Origin: a virus
DNA: 64,000 bases
Reading direction: 5' to 3' (one strand)
Virus record (IMG/VR): IMGVR_UViG_3300042371_000472
Span: 1 to 64,000 of that record
Shown here: piece by piece, positions 8,746-19,228 of the stretch
Position numbering within the stretch: the stretch's first letter is position 1
How the letters are laid out: every line of letters starts with the position of its first letter
Program-made: the position numbers and the translations under genes
The notes under the pieces: generated by a model
Seen by the model: only the letters and a program-made list of their open reading frames with translations
Told to the model about the DNA's origin: nothing
The model's database searches: none

Positions 8746-9309
8746 ATGGCTAAGAGAAAAATACCAAAGCGTATTATTGATTGGGATGAAGTAGTCAATA
8801 CTCACGCTGGTTCTGAGGTTCAAGTTCATAAAGACTCTGGCTCATCTGGAGTTAAATACATGAAGGAACATGGTTCGCCATTATTCTCAGTATTAGCCAA
8901 AGACGATACAGGTGAACATCGGTATTTTGGATCAGTTTCTCGTTCTTCTGTTGAGTTTCCCCGTATTAGGATAGATGCAACTCAGTTAGCGGATCATTGG
9001 AACTCCACTACTGGACAAAAATCACGAAATACATTTCTTATGGGTCACCCAATTGCTATGCCCTCATCTACAGAAATGTCGCGGGCACATCGTCTTATCC
9101 TAAAAGCAGGGCAGGCTGGTACTGAGGATGATCCAACTTCTATTATCCACACCCCAAGCCAGCCAGGTCTTTGGACACCCCGACCAAGGCAAACATCAAA
9201 ACCAATACCAGGATTAGTACCTGTACCAGGCATACGGAGAACTTCACCAGTATTTGCTGAACGAGCGGGTATTGGTGATACTGGTTCATTTATGTTTAAC
9301 CCACGGTAG
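8746..9309 (+). CDS. Hypothetical protein
   Basis: GGAGG RBS, 187-aa ORF colinear with neighbours. Confidence 0.7.
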   Translation: MAKRKIPKRIIDWDEVVNTHAGSEVQVHKDSGSSGVKYMKEHGSPLFSVLAKDDTGEHRYFGSVSRSSVEFPRIRIDATQLADHWNSTTGQKSRNTFLMGHPIAMPSSTEMSRAHRLILKAGQAGTEDDPTSIIHTPSQPGLWTPRPRQTSKPIPGLVPVPGIRRTSPVFAERAGIGDTGSFMFNPR

Positions 9310-9357
9310 TGATATATCGTGTAAAATAAAACCATACCGAAACACGGAGGTTTTATA

Positions 9358-9627
9358 ATGGTAATGAATCATAGAGGACAAGACACTACAGCCCGCGTAT
9401 GGATGCATGGCGTTGAAGACATGCGCGCAGGAGCGCGTCGTGGATCAGTAACGCATGCAACTAGTGGTCGTGGTGTAAGCGAACAAGAAGCCGCTGAAAT
9501 GCAAGGCCAGTACGGAGCAGTCCCCGTAGTAAGCGGTGACCCCGAAGGTGAAGGCGACATGGCTGATCAGTGGTTGCAAGAAGCCGAAGCATCCACCATT
9601 GCTGGCAATATGGGTCGCCGCGGATGA
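9358..9627 (+). CDS. Hypothetical protein, paralog of 9624-9926
   Basis: GGAGG RBS; NHRGQDT-x-AR-x-WMHGVEDMR-x2-ARRG, ADQWL. Confidence 0.8.
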   Translation: MVMNHRGQDTTARVWMHGVEDMRAGARRGSVTHATSGRGVSEQEAAEMQGQYGAVPVVSGDPEGEGDMADQWLQEAEASTIAGNMGRRG

Positions 9628-9926
9628 CTCTTAATCACCGAGGACAGGACACGCGCGCTCGTCCGTGGATGCACGGCGTTGAAGACATGCGCGAAAACGC
9701 TCGTCGTGGTACGGCAACCTACGCATTTAGCGACCGTGGAATGAGTGAACAAGAAGCCGTTGAAATGCAAAGGATGCATGGCGTAAGCACTGTAGACCCA
9801 CTTCTTGACGATGGTGTTGAAGATTATGGCGACGCCGCTGACCAATGGTTGAGTGTTAACGACACTAGAGATAACCCCTACATTGGTGGCAGAATGCCAG
9901 ACCCACGAGTAGACAAAAAATACTAG
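9624..9926 (+). CDS. Hypothetical protein, paralog of 9358-9627
   Basis: Start reassigned to MTLNHRGQDT (ATGA overlap). Confidence 0.8.
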   Translation: MTLNHRGQDTRARPWMHGVEDMRENARRGTATYAFSDRGMSEQEAVEMQRMHGVSTVDPLLDDGVEDYGDAADQWLSVNDTRDNPYIGGRMPDPRVDKKY

Positions 9927-9942
9927 TTATACTCGTATAACT
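9925..9942. promoter_or_regulatory. Inverted repeat AGTTATAC-TC-GTATAACT overlapping a -10 (TATACT)
   Basis: Perfect 8-bp arms immediately before ATG 9944. Confidence 0.5.
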
Positions 9943-9943
9943 T

Positions 9944-10102
9944 ATGATCATCACCTATGACATCAACACCCCATATATTGGCGATGTGCGTTCTATTGCG
10001 ATGCGCCGAGCCAAGGCTGAGGGTTGGCAGAATGTCGTAGTGGTGAGCACCTATCCAGTTGGACCCAACTCGTGGTCTGTGACACTCACCGTTTCGCGTT
10101 AA
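9944..10102 (+). CDS. 52-aa hypothetical protein (not in ORF track)
   Basis: MIITYDINTPYIGDVRSIAMRRAKAEGWQNVVVVSTYPVGPNSWSVTLTVSR fills the gap. Confidence 0.6.
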   Translation: MIITYDINTPYIGDVRSIAMRRAKAEGWQNVVVVSTYPVGPNSWSVTLTVSR

Positions 10103-10105
10103 GTC

Positions 10106-10384
10106 ATGTTTGCATTCGGCGTATCAGAAGTTGTACAAGCCTCAATAGTTACCGCAATTGGTGGCATATTGATTGCTTTAATTACTCAATTTACTAGGAG
10201 TAATGCCAAGGATCACGCCATCGTTCAACATAAGTTAGATCAGTTGTCTGATAAGATTATTGATACCCACACGAGCGTTACTGAAGTAAAAGTAGATGTA
10301 AAGTATCTTCGTGAGGATCAGAATCGTTTAGAGAACCGCTTTAACAAACACTTGGAGGACAGGAATGAAAAATCAGATCGCTGA
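10106..10384 (+). CDS. Membrane-anchored coiled-coil protein (lysis-associated candidate)
   Basis: N-terminal TM then heptad-like C-terminus. Confidence 0.6.
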   Translation: MFAFGVSEVVQASIVTAIGGILIALITQFTRSNAKDHAIVQHKLDQLSDKIIDTHTSVTEVKVDVKYLREDQNRLENRFNKHLEDRNEKSDR

Positions 10385-10547
10385 CCAGACAGGTAAGGGC
10401 GCAGTCTTAGGACTTATCGCATATTGCTTCCGCAATAATCCTGAATTCGCCGTTATCCTTATGCCCGCAGTATCCGCTGTAATGGCATGGGCGTCTACCC
10501 TTATTGGTAACCCCAACATTGCATCCTTCTTGGAAAAGAAGAAGTGA
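10365..10547 (+). CDS. Small membrane protein, holin candidate
   Basis: Two hydrophobic stretches, ends KKK; GGAGG RBS. Confidence 0.5.
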   Translation: MKNQIADQTGKGAVLGLIAYCFRNNPEFAVILMPAVSAVMAWASTLIGNPNIASFLEKKK

Positions 10548-11821
10548 AGCGCGCCGTATTTCGGCGCATCACACAATCACTACAGTGGGCTTTAATAGCC
10601 ATCGCAATATTTCCAGTACCATCGGCTAAGGCTGATACGAACCCAATAATTACGGAAATTACCGACTTTTGGTTCTCCTACTCAGAACCAACCCAGTTTT
10701 TGGCACAAACATATCAGTCACCTGGATTTGAATCAGACCCCCAATTGTGGCTTTACAACGACGACACTGGTGAGTTAATCATTTCTAATGATGATTATAT
10801 TGGTCTTCAATCTAAGATTGACTTAGAAGTACCAGCAGGTAATTACCGCTTACGGGCAGGTACTTGTTGCTGGGAGCCTAATGTTTGGCGTGACGGCGTT
10901 GTTTGGAACATTCAATATGAGTTATCATTTAATGGCAATCCCGTAAACACAACGACTACTATTCCGGAGACGACTACAACATGGGTCCCAACTACAACAT
11001 CCACAACTTCAACGACGACGAGTACTACTATTGCCCCAACAACGAGTGTGCCTGTAACGGAAGTTCCGACCACCGAGGCAACGACAACTACGGAAGTCTC
11101 AACGACAACAAACTCCCCAACTACTACGGAGATTACGAGCACTACTGTTGCGGTTACTGTGGCTCCTTCTACAACGCCTATAACGACACAGCCTGTTGGT
11201 ACTGTGGAGGTCCCTCAAACTTCTCTGACGCCTACAACCACTTTAAGTCCCTTTTTCCCGACACCCCTGACGACATCAAGCACGAGTGCGCCCCCGATTG
11301 TTACATCTGCACCTACGACGATTCCAGAGATTCCAGAGAGTACAGAGCCACCTATAACGACCGTACCTGAAGAAGAAACAGTTATACCTGATAACCCTAC
11401 GCCTGAAGAAACTAACCAATTAGCAGATGAACTAGTTTCGTCAATTGACGAATTATCTGATGAAGAAATTACTAATCTAGTAGAATCTATTGATGTAAGT
11501 GAATTAACCGAGGAATCAATCTCCGCTGTCTTTAGCGAAGAAGTACTTAACGAACTATCCGATGAGCAGGTTACAGAACTTATTGATGCCATCGTTCCAA
11601 GTGAACTGTCTGATGAACAGGCTTCGGCTCTGTCAGAAGCACTAACAGACGCCCCTGACGATGTAAAAGAAGAATTTCAGGAACAAATTAATGTGTTCGG
11701 CGGACAATTTGATACCTATGTGCCAACGGGATCATCGGTCTCGGTAGGGGCACGGCGTGTAATAGTCGCGGCAACAGCAGTCGTATTCGCAATGCCCGCC
11801 CCAGTGACCCGAAAGCAGTAA
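10544..11821 (+). CDS. Exported/membrane protein: signal peptide, PPC-like domain, Thr/Pro-rich linker, acidic repeats, C-terminal hydrophobic segment
   Basis: AKA signal cleavage; DPQLWLY...ISNDD...AGNYRL; long T-rich tract. Confidence 0.7.
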   Translation: MKRAVFRRITQSLQWALIAIAIFPVPSAKADTNPIITEITDFWFSYSEPTQFLAQTYQSPGFESDPQLWLYNDDTGELIISNDDYIGLQSKIDLEVPAGNYRLRAGTCCWEPNVWRDGVVWNIQYELSFNGNPVNTTTTIPETTTTWVPTTTSTTSTTTSTTIAPTTSVPVTEVPTTEATTTTEVSTTTNSPTTTEITSTTVAVTVAPSTTPITTQPVGTVEVPQTSLTPTTTLSPFFPTPLTTSSTSAPPIVTSAPTTIPEIPESTEPPITTVPEEETVIPDNPTPEETNQLADELVSSIDELSDEEITNLVESIDVSELTEESISAVFSEEVLNELSDEQVTELIDAIVPSELSDEQASALSEALTDAPDDVKEEFQEQINVFGGQFDTYVPTGSSVSVGARRVIVAATAVVFAMPAPVTRKQ

Positions 11822-11823
11822 CC

Positions 11824-11994
11824 ATGTTTAAGAAATTATGGAAAGAATCATCAGGATTGGCCTGGACCCTCGGCGGTACAGGTCTAGTCCTTATCACCCT
11901 CTCAGGCTCCACCCGTGACCTTGGTGTAGTCATTTCAGTAGTATCATTGTTATTTCATATGGCAGGAGTACTTACCCCTGATGATGACGAATGA
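11824..11994 (+). CDS. 56-aa two-TM membrane protein (not in ORF track)
   Basis: MFKKLWKESSGLAWTLGGTGLVLITLSGSTRDLGVVISVVSLLFHMAGVLTPDDDE. Confidence 0.65.
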   Translation: MFKKLWKESSGLAWTLGGTGLVLITLSGSTRDLGVVISVVSLLFHMAGVLTPDDDE

Positions 11995-12008
11995 GGTATC
12001 ATTAGAGC

Positions 12009-12746
12009 ATGACGAATCGGGCCACATATACACTTACTAAGGGTTTGCCATGGGAAAGGCTTGTCGTCGTCAAAGATCGTCGTACACGCCGTCTGGTTAG
12101 GATTACTGAGGCGCGCGGGGCTGTTAAGACTAGCGATAGTACCGTCAGCGAGTTTAATATTACCCTTACTAATAAGGGTGAGATTCTTATTGCGCTGACC
12201 GCCGAGCAGACTCGTGAACTTCCCGCAGGCGACCTTGAATTTGATGTTATTGCTACCTGCAACCGATTGGTCTATTACACAGGTCAAACGCCAACAATTA
12301 CCCAACCAGTCGTCCGCGGAACCATTTCAGTAGCAGAATCGGACGACATTACACCTTCGGAGGACTCACAGGCAATGGAGATCAGGTTCAAACAATATGT
12401 GGACTTCCGTCGCACATTCACCTGGCGCGATGCCAATGGTGACATTCTTACCGTCACAGACGCATATATGCAGGCAAAGAACGCCGCAGGCACTACGGTT
12501 CTAGACTTACGATGGTACGCCACCGCTCCCAATGAGGCTACAATTCTTGGTCTAACGGCTAACCGTCGCGGGTATATTGCACCCAAGGCTGGGGCTACCT
12601 TAGAAGTTCATATCTCTGATAAGAACAGCATTCCCGCTGGTAATCACCCGTTTGACCTGTTCGTTAAGGACTCCGCTGGGGATTGGGACAACCTCGCATC
12701 GGGAGTACTCTTCGTTCAGGAAGCGGTGTCTACGCCCCCAGCATGA
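12009..12746 (+). CDS. Virion structural protein with two tandem beta-sandwich (BppU-like) repeats
   Basis: Two similar halves (LPAGDLEFDV / IPAGNHPFDL); heads the fibre cluster; TATCAT 6 nt upstream. Confidence 0.55.
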   Translation: MTNRATYTLTKGLPWERLVVVKDRRTRRLVRITEARGAVKTSDSTVSEFNITLTNKGEILIALTAEQTRELPAGDLEFDVIATCNRLVYYTGQTPTITQPVVRGTISVAESDDITPSEDSQAMEIRFKQYVDFRRTFTWRDANGDILTVTDAYMQAKNAAGTTVLDLRWYATAPNEATILGLTANRRGYIAPKAGATLEVHISDKNSIPAGNHPFDLFVKDSAGDWDNLASGVLFVQEAVSTPPA

Positions 12747-13168
12747 GCACTGTAGAGGTATCCAAGCCTGCGGGCACATTTATTACGGTTACCCGCACTA
12801 AGACAGACTCAGTGGTTGAAGAACCCGCTGATCGTCTGCTGGAGATACACGACCCTGGTGTGGCTGGACCCCCTAATGTCCTTACTATAGGAACGGTTAC
12901 CTCAGGTCCAGCCCCTGTGGTAACACTTACTGGTACAGCGCCGTCTCAAACTCTTAATTTTGTTCTACCAGTTGGTGGTAATTACACGCATAACCAAATA
13001 ACTTCGTCTACAACTTGGACAATTACACATAACCTTGGGTTTTTCCCTGCCGTATCCGTAGTGGATAGCGGGGGCAACTATGTGATAGGTGATGTAAACT
13101 ATGTATCACAAAACATTGTAACCGTATCATTCAACGCTTCCTTTGGTGGAAAAGCCTATTTATCGTGA
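12743..13168 (+). CDS. Tail fibre-associated protein
   Basis: TIGTVTSG...LNFVLP and WTITHNLG-x2-P-x-V-x-VVD fibre motifs. Confidence 0.7.
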   Translation: MSTVEVSKPAGTFITVTRTKTDSVVEEPADRLLEIHDPGVAGPPNVLTIGTVTSGPAPVVTLTGTAPSQTLNFVLPVGGNYTHNQITSSTTWTITHNLGFFPAVSVVDSGGNYVIGDVNYVSQNIVTVSFNASFGGKAYLS

Positions 13169-13174
13169 GGTCTC

Positions 13175-14452
13175 ATGTCTAAGTTTCTTACAAATATTGA
13201 TCTAAACGGCAATGAATTACAGAATGTTGTAATTCATAAAGCAGGTACTGCTCCTGCGACCAGCACAAAAACTGGTGGTTTGTATTTTGATACATCCCTT
13301 GATGGGGAAGACAACCCAAGAAACAAACTTAAGTACTACAACGGTAGTGCATGGGTGGAACTATCAGTTGGTCCTTCTGGTACTTGGCAACCAGCAGACG
13401 CTGACCTCACGGCTATTGCCGCCCTTACAGGTACCGCAGGTTTCCTTAAAACCAACGGTTCAGGAACCTGGTCAGTTGACACCAATACATATTTAACTTC
13501 AAGTACTGGTGTCAGTAGCGTCAACGCAAGCGTTGGTGCAGTCACGGGAGTGGCTGTAACTTCTGGGACCCTTGGTCAATTTGCGGCTACTACCTCATCT
13601 GCCCTTGCTGGTGTCATTTCAGATGAGACTGGCTCTGGTGCTCTTGTTTTTGGCACCTCACCAGCCATTACCACCAGTTTGACAACTGGCTCTTCTTCCT
13701 TTGACTTGCTTAACACCACAGTTGCTACTGTCAACTTTGCTGGTGCGGCTACTGCGGTCAATATTGGTGCTTCCAATAGCACCACCACAATCGCTGGTGA
13801 CTTGGTGGTCAACGGTACTACCACTACTATTAATAGCACTACTGTCACCGTAGACGATCTAAACATTGTCCTGGGTTCAGTAACTACCCCAACCAACAGC
13901 ACCGCAAATGGTGGAGGTATCACTGTTGCAGGTGGTGTAGATGGAGACAAAACCTGGAACTGGGTGTCTTCAACTAGTTCATGGACTTCTTCTGAGAACA
14001 TTGATCTTGCCTCAGGTAAAGTGCTTAAAATTGCTGGTACCCAGGTATTATCAGCAACTGAGTACACGGGCAATGCCTCAACAGCCACTACCGCTACCAA
14101 TGTTACTGGTGGTGCCGCTGGTTCAATTGTTTACCAGACTGGTTCTGGAGCAACAAGCACCTTGGCGTTACCAACTACTGGCACTGACCAAGTAATTAGT
14201 GACTTCCGCCTTGTTGGTGGCTCTTCAGCACCTGCATGGTCTGCTCGTAAATTTTCTAAAACTCTTTCAAGTTCTGCTACTTCTTACACCCTTACACATT
14301 TACTTGGTACCGCTGATTTAGTAGTTTCGGTATATGAAATTTCCACAGGAGAAGTTGTGTACGCTGATATTGTTAATACCAGCACTACAACAACTGTATA
14401 CTTTGCCACAGCCCCCACTTCAAACCAATACCGAGTCGTCATTCTTGCTTAA
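13175..14452 (+). CDS. Tail fibre protein
   Basis: G/T/S-rich; DETGSGALVF, GDLVVNGTTTTINST, THLLGT motifs. Confidence 0.75.
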   Translation: MSKFLTNIDLNGNELQNVVIHKAGTAPATSTKTGGLYFDTSLDGEDNPRNKLKYYNGSAWVELSVGPSGTWQPADADLTAIAALTGTAGFLKTNGSGTWSVDTNTYLTSSTGVSSVNASVGAVTGVAVTSGTLGQFAATTSSALAGVISDETGSGALVFGTSPAITTSLTTGSSSFDLLNTTVATVNFAGAATAVNIGASNSTTTIAGDLVVNGTTTTINSTTVTVDDLNIVLGSVTTPTNSTANGGGITVAGGVDGDKTWNWVSSTSSWTSSENIDLASGKVLKIAGTQVLSATEYTGNASTATTATNVTGGAAGSIVYQTGSGATSTLALPTTGTDQVISDFRLVGGSSAPAWSARKFSKTLSSSATSYTLTHLLGTADLVVSVYEISTGEVVYADIVNTSTTTTVYFATAPTSNQYRVVILA

Positions 14453-14472
14453 TCTGTCATTAAAGGACAACA

Positions 14473-15696
14473 GTGGCTAACTTTCTAAAGTCCCTCTTTG
14501 TTAAGGGGGTTGAAATTGATACAGCAGGAGCCTCTAATGGTGATGCCCTTGTATATAACGGAACTAAGTTTGGGGCGGCTTCTGTCGGTGGATCAGCAGT
14601 AGCGGCATTAAACGACCTTACAGATGTTGTTATTACAACACCCCTAGAGTTTCAAACTCTTGAATACAACGGCACAGAGTGGGTTAACACAAACTCTCCA
14701 AGCAGCGTATATGTAAGAAACGCCGAAGCAACAACGATTACAACTGGTACTTGCGTATATCTATTTGGTGCAACTGGCGACCATGCAACAGTAAAGAGGG
14801 CAGATAACAATAGTGACACTACTTCCGCTAAGACAGTTGGTGTTGTTAGTGCAAACATTGCGGCAAGCCAAAATGGCGTAGTTGTAACACAGGGGTATGT
14901 AGATGGTATTAATCTATCAACGGGATATACCGCTGGAGATGTGTTGTGGCTTGGTGAGTCTGGCGCATTTACAAAAACTAAGCCAACTGCCCCAGATCAC
15001 CTTGTATTCATCGGTGTAGTAGTTCGTGCCACTAATAACGGCATTATCTATGTTGCTACCCAAAATGGGTATGAGTTAGACGAACTTCATAATGTCGCCA
15101 TAAATGCTGGAACGCTTGCTACTGGTGATGTGATTCGCTACAACGCTTCTACTTCTTTGTGGGAGAACTCACAAGTAGTAGGCCCAACTGGTCCTACTGG
15201 GGCTACGGGTGCTACTGGTCCGCAAGGCCCAGAAGGCGCTCCTGGCATGAATGGCGCAAATGGTGATACTGGTCCGCAAGGTGATACGGGTCCGCAGGGA
15301 GCAACAGGAGCAACAGGAGCGCAGGGACCACAAGGACCAGGGTTTGAGTTTCTTGGTGAATGGGATTACGCAACGACCTACAACACTGGCGATGTTGTAA
15401 AAGTAACGCCAGCAGCATCATCAACTTACACACCGTCTGTCACTTACATATCTTTGGTAGATAGCAACTTAGACAACTCCCCTCCAGATTCGCCTACGGA
15501 ATGGGCTGTTTTGGTTACTGATGGTCCAGAAGGCCCCTCTGGAGTTACAGTTGTTTCTGACACCGCCCCAGTCGCGCCATCATCAGGCAACTTGTGGTTT
15601 AAGTCTGACACTGGCAACCTTCTTGTGTATTATGACTCGTATTGGATTGACGCAAGTGCGCCAAACTATGCAACTTTGGATGGAGGTAGCGCATAA
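14473..15696 (+). CDS. Tail fibre protein with collagen (Gly-X-Y) segment
   Basis: [10 protein letters not shown]...GPQGPG run; LNDLTDV and ELDELHNV repeats. Confidence 0.8.
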   Translation: MANFLKSLFVKGVEIDTAGASNGDALVYNGTKFGAASVGGSAVAALNDLTDVVITTPLEFQTLEYNGTEWVNTNSPSSVYVRNAEATTITTGTCVYLFGATGDHATVKRADNNSDTTSAKTVGVVSANIAASQNGVVVTQGYVDGINLSTGYTAGDVLWLGESGAFTKTKPTAPDHLVFIGVVVRATNNGIIYVATQNGYELDELHNVAINAGTLATGDVIRYNASTSLWENSQVVGPTGPTGATGATGPQGPEGAPGMNGANGDTGPQGDTGPQGATGATGAQGPQGPGFEFLGEWDYATTYNTGDVVKVTPAASSTYTPSVTYISLVDSNLDNSPPDSPTEWAVLVTDGPEGPSGVTVVSDTAPVAPSSGNLWFKSDTGNLLVYYDSYWIDASAPNYATLDGGSA

Positions 15697-16487
15697 TGGC
15701 AATTGACTTCCCAAATAGCCCTACCGCAGGTGACCTCTATACCGCTGGTGGTAAGACCTGGCAGTGGAATAGCACCTATTGGTCTGCTTATGGCACCAGC
15801 CCAGTTTTACGCGCATCTGATGCGCCCCCATCTTCGCCTAACGCAAACGATCTTTGGTATGAAACAGACACTGGTCGCTTATTTGCCTATGTTGGAACAG
15901 CGTGGGTTGAGGTGGGTAACGCCGTAGATATTGCTGGGGCATTACAACCTGGTCAGGTGACTGCTTTGAGTGCGGTTACTACTTTGACTTCGGATGATGT
16001 GTTTCCTGTGGTTGATAATCCTGCTAGTGCTACGGCTTCTAATAAGATTACTTACGGCAACCTTGTAACTAATATGTCTACAAGCATTAGCACTACTGGT
16101 GGCGTATGGACTGACTACACACCTACCCTTGTGCAAAGTTCGGCGGTCACTAAAACTGTTGTTCTTGCAAGATATTTTCAATTTCAAAAACTTGTTATTG
16201 TCACAATAGTCATGAATGTTACGGGTTCTGGTGTTAATGCTAATGCCGTAACTGTTGGTCTACCTATAGCAGCACGAACCAATGTAAACCAAATAGTTGG
16301 AAGTGGTTACATTTTTGATAACGGTGGAGTTGGCCCTCAGTTTACTTATAACTGTTCAGCCTATCTGTCTACCACTACATCATTTTTGGCTCTTTATCAA
16401 GCAGGAAGTCCATGGGGTTCTAACCCTAGTTATGCTTTAGCAAGTGGCGACCAACTTGCATTTGTACTTACTTATGAGGCGGCATAA
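15696..16487 (+). CDS. Tail fibre protein
   Basis: MAIDFPNSP-x2-G...WQWN N-terminus; DLWYETDTG; WTDYTPT. Confidence 0.75.
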   Translation: MAIDFPNSPTAGDLYTAGGKTWQWNSTYWSAYGTSPVLRASDAPPSSPNANDLWYETDTGRLFAYVGTAWVEVGNAVDIAGALQPGQVTALSAVTTLTSDDVFPVVDNPASATASNKITYGNLVTNMSTSISTTGGVWTDYTPTLVQSSAVTKTVVLARYFQFQKLVIVTIVMNVTGSGVNANAVTVGLPIAARTNVNQIVGSGYIFDNGGVGPQFTYNCSAYLSTTTSFLALYQAGSPWGSNPSYALASGDQLAFVLTYEAA

Positions 16488-17677
16488 TGGCTATTACTTT
16501 TCCAGCATCACCAACAAACGGTCAGGTCTTTACTTCAGGCAGTAAGTCATGGCAGTGGGATGGCACAACCTGGATTTCTTACGCCGCTAATATTTCACCG
16601 TCTGTCTTTAAGGTAGACGCAACTAACGCTAGGGTTGGTGTCAATAATCAGTCTCCTGCGTATGCGTTGGATGTTAATGGCACTATTGAGGGAACACAGT
16701 TTTTGCAGGGTACGGATTATCTAAGTCCGTATCAGGGTTTTCGTAACAAGATCATTAACGGTGACTTTAGTATTAACCAACGAGGTTTTACCAGTTTAAC
16801 TACTGGCGCATACTTTTTTGATAGATGGACATTTGGCAATAACACGGGAACTGTCACAGTTACACCACAAACTTTTACTGTTGGCTCGCCTGCTGCAACA
16901 GGGTATGAGTCACCAAATTATGCAAGACAAGTTGTGTCTGGTCAATCGGGTACTTCTGCTATTGCATATATTGCTCAGTTGATTGAGGATGTTAGAACAT
17001 TTGCGAACAGTACAATTACTGTTTCTTTTTATGCAAGAGCATCAAGTGGTACACCAAAAATTGCATTAGAAATACTTCAAAACTTTGGTACTGGTGGTTC
17101 ACCTTCATCATTTGTTTCTACTTATGCAGGACAAGCAACTATTAACACAAGTTGGACTAGATATTCCATAACTACCACTATCCCAAATATCAACGGTAAA
17201 ACTATTGGCTCTACTGCTAACACTTCATCTTTACAGATACAATTATGGACATCCGCTGGTACTGATTTTAACTCTCGTACTGGTTCACTTGGTATTCAGA
17301 GTAATACTTTTGATATTTGGGGTGTTCAGGTTGAGCGTGGCAGTGTTGCTACACCTTTTGAACAGCGACCTATTGGTACGGAACTAGCGTTATGCCAACG
17401 GTATTACTATAAATCAGGCTATGTATGGGGCAATGTTTTGGGCAGTGGATTTATTGCAAACAACAGCAACCAGTTTGGTGAGGCTTTTCGTTTTGATTTC
17501 CCAACAACAATGAGAGCAACTCCAACATTGACTTACACATTTTTTAATAATGATAATGCTGTTGTGTTAAGCACTGGCTCTACTGCAAATTGTGTTATTT
17601 TGCGTGAAACTTGTATCAATACTAATTTTCCATATTCTAGTTTTTCTTTTGACTATGTAGTATCGGCGGAACTATGA
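16487..17677 (+). CDS. Tail fibre / receptor-binding protein
   Basis: [10 protein letters not shown]-terminus; [15 protein letters not shown]...[28 protein letters not shown]. Confidence 0.8.
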   Translation: MAITFPASPTNGQVFTSGSKSWQWDGTTWISYAANISPSVFKVDATNARVGVNNQSPAYALDVNGTIEGTQFLQGTDYLSPYQGFRNKIINGDFSINQRGFTSLTTGAYFFDRWTFGNNTGTVTVTPQTFTVGSPAATGYESPNYARQVVSGQSGTSAIAYIAQLIEDVRTFANSTITVSFYARASSGTPKIALEILQNFGTGGSPSSFVSTYAGQATINTSWTRYSITTTIPNINGKTIGSTANTSSLQIQLWTSAGTDFNSRTGSLGIQSNTFDIWGVQVERGSVATPFEQRPIGTELALCQRYYYKSGYVWGNVLGSGFIANNSNQFGEAFRFDFPTTMRATPTLTYTFFNNDNAVVLSTGSTANCVILRETCINTNFPYSSFSFDYVVSAEL

Positions 17678-17853
17678 TGGCATATAAACTCATTGCTGAA
17701 ATTACCCCAAGAGGGGACTTGTTCTACCATGAAGCAGTTTTACGAATTGAAGATAATGCTAGAGTGCCGTTTGACCCCGCTAACTCTGACTATCAAAAGT
17801 ATCTAGCATGGCTCGCTGAAGGTAACACCCCCGAAGAATGGACGGCTGAATAA
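17674..17853 (+). CDS. 59-aa tail fibre chaperone-like protein (not in ORF track)
   Basis: [23 protein letters not shown] directly after fibre gene. Confidence 0.7.
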   Translation: MMAYKLIAEITPRGDLFYHEAVLRIEDNARVPFDPANSDYQKYLAWLAEGNTPEEWTAE

Positions 17854-18398
17854 TGGCTCGTAACGCACTCATTCAATTACGGCGTGATACCGCCGCTAAC
17901 TGGACCTCAACTAACCCAACTCTTGCCTCAGGTGAAATGGGCTTTGAAACAGACACAGGAAAACTCAAAGTTGGAACTGGTTCTACGGCATGGACATCTT
18001 TGCTGTATGCAACTGATGCTTCTGAAATTACTGGAACTGTTATTAATGGGACAACCACAACTGGTGCGAGTGGTGTCGGTTACATGGGTCTGCCTCAAAA
18101 TACTACTACCACAGGTTCTTATACGATAGTTGCGGCTGATGCTGGGAAACACATTTATTCCACTGCGACTCGCACAATAACCATTCCCTCTAATGCAAGC
18201 GTTGCTATGCCTATTGGTACCACTATTACTTTTGCTAACGCTACAGGCGCAACCGCAACTATTGCAATCACATCTGACACTTTACTTTTGGTTAGTAGTG
18301 GAACAACTGGTTCTAGAACTCTTGCCCCATTTGGAATGGCAACTGCTGTTAAAGTTGCTTCAACGACATGGATGATTAGCGGAAACGGATTGACCTAA
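17853..18398 (+). CDS. Fibre protein with Mtd (major tropism determinant) N-terminal-like domain
   Basis: IQLRRDTAANWTSTNPTLASGEMGFETDTGKLKVG. Confidence 0.8.
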   Translation: MARNALIQLRRDTAANWTSTNPTLASGEMGFETDTGKLKVGTGSTAWTSLLYATDASEITGTVINGTTTTGASGVGYMGLPQNTTTTGSYTIVAADAGKHIYSTATRTITIPSNASVAMPIGTTITFANATGATATIAITSDTLLLVSSGTTGSRTLAPFGMATAVKVASTTWMISGNGLT

Positions 18399-19228
18399 TG
18401 GCTGGTGTTGTTTCTGGTTTAATTGGGAGCAGTAGAAGTAGTTTGTATACTACTGGTGGCATTACATGGACTACTGCTGGCACTGGCTATAAGGGTGTCT
18501 ATTTCCAATCTAGCGGTACATTCACCATATTAAATGGCGTTAGAGATATTGAAACTTTTGTGATATCAGGCGGAAGTGGTGGAGGTGGTGGTGCCAATTT
18601 TTATAATTATGCACAATCTGGCGGAGGTGGTGGTGCTGCTGGCAATAAAACAAACTCAACTATTAGTAATGCTCCTCTTGGTGCCTATACCATAACTGTA
18701 GGTGGAGGTGGGGCTGGTGGAACTAGGGCGGTTGTATTTGATTATGATGGAGGTGCTGGAGGTACTGGAGGTACTGGAGGTACTTCATCTATTGCTAAAT
18801 CTGGTATAACTACTATTTCAAGAACTGGGCCAACTGGTGGTACTGGTGGGTATGTTAACTATAATGTCCAATACTGGCTTGGTGGTACTGGTGCATCAAA
18901 TGTTTTATATAGTGGTGCAAATGGGTCTGCATTTGGGGGTTCGCAGTATCGCTATATGGGTGGAGGCGGTGGAGCAGGTGCTGGTGGTAACGGTTCTGGA
19001 CCTAGTTTCTCCCTTATTTACGATGGCGGAGTAGGTGGTGCTTCTGGGTTTATTACTGGGAGTGATGTATACGGTTATGGTGGGTATGGTGGCACAGCGT
19101 ATGGTCGTTATGGGTCTAATTTAGTGGTGGGTTCAGGTGGTGCAGGCGGTGCAGGTGCGGATGATGCAACCTACGGTCCAGGGTTTACGGGTTATGGTGG
19201 TGGAGTATATTTAAGGTGGTTAATATGA
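18398..19228 (+). CDS. Glycine-rich tail fibre protein
   Basis: GGGGG repeats, YTITVGGGGAGG, terminal GGGVYLRW. Confidence 0.75.
   Translation: MAGVVSGLIGSSRSSLYTTGGITWTTAGTGYKGVYFQSSGTFTILNGVRDIETFVISGGSGGGGGANFYNYAQSGGGGGAAGNKTNSTISNAPLGAYTITVGGGGAGGTRAVVFDYDGGAGGTGGTGGTSSIAKSGITTISRTGPTGGTGGYVNYNVQYWLGGTGASNVLYSGANGSAFGGSQYRYMGGGGGAGAGGNGSGPSFSLIYDGGVGGASGFITGSDVYGYGGYGGTAYGRYGSNLVVGSGGAGGAGADDATYGPGFTGYGGGVYLRWLI

Noticed and set aside
9925-9942. loxP-like recombination site
   Set aside because: Arms only 8 bp with a 2-bp spacer and no recombinase in the window
15181-15342. 9-bp periodic DNA repeat
   Set aside because: Simply encodes the collagen Gly-X-Y segment of a fibre
16487-18398. 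Diversity-generating retroelement suggested by the Mtd-like domain
   Set aside because: Only the N-terminal anchor motif is present; no reverse transcriptase and no TR/VR adenine-mismatch repeat seen in the window
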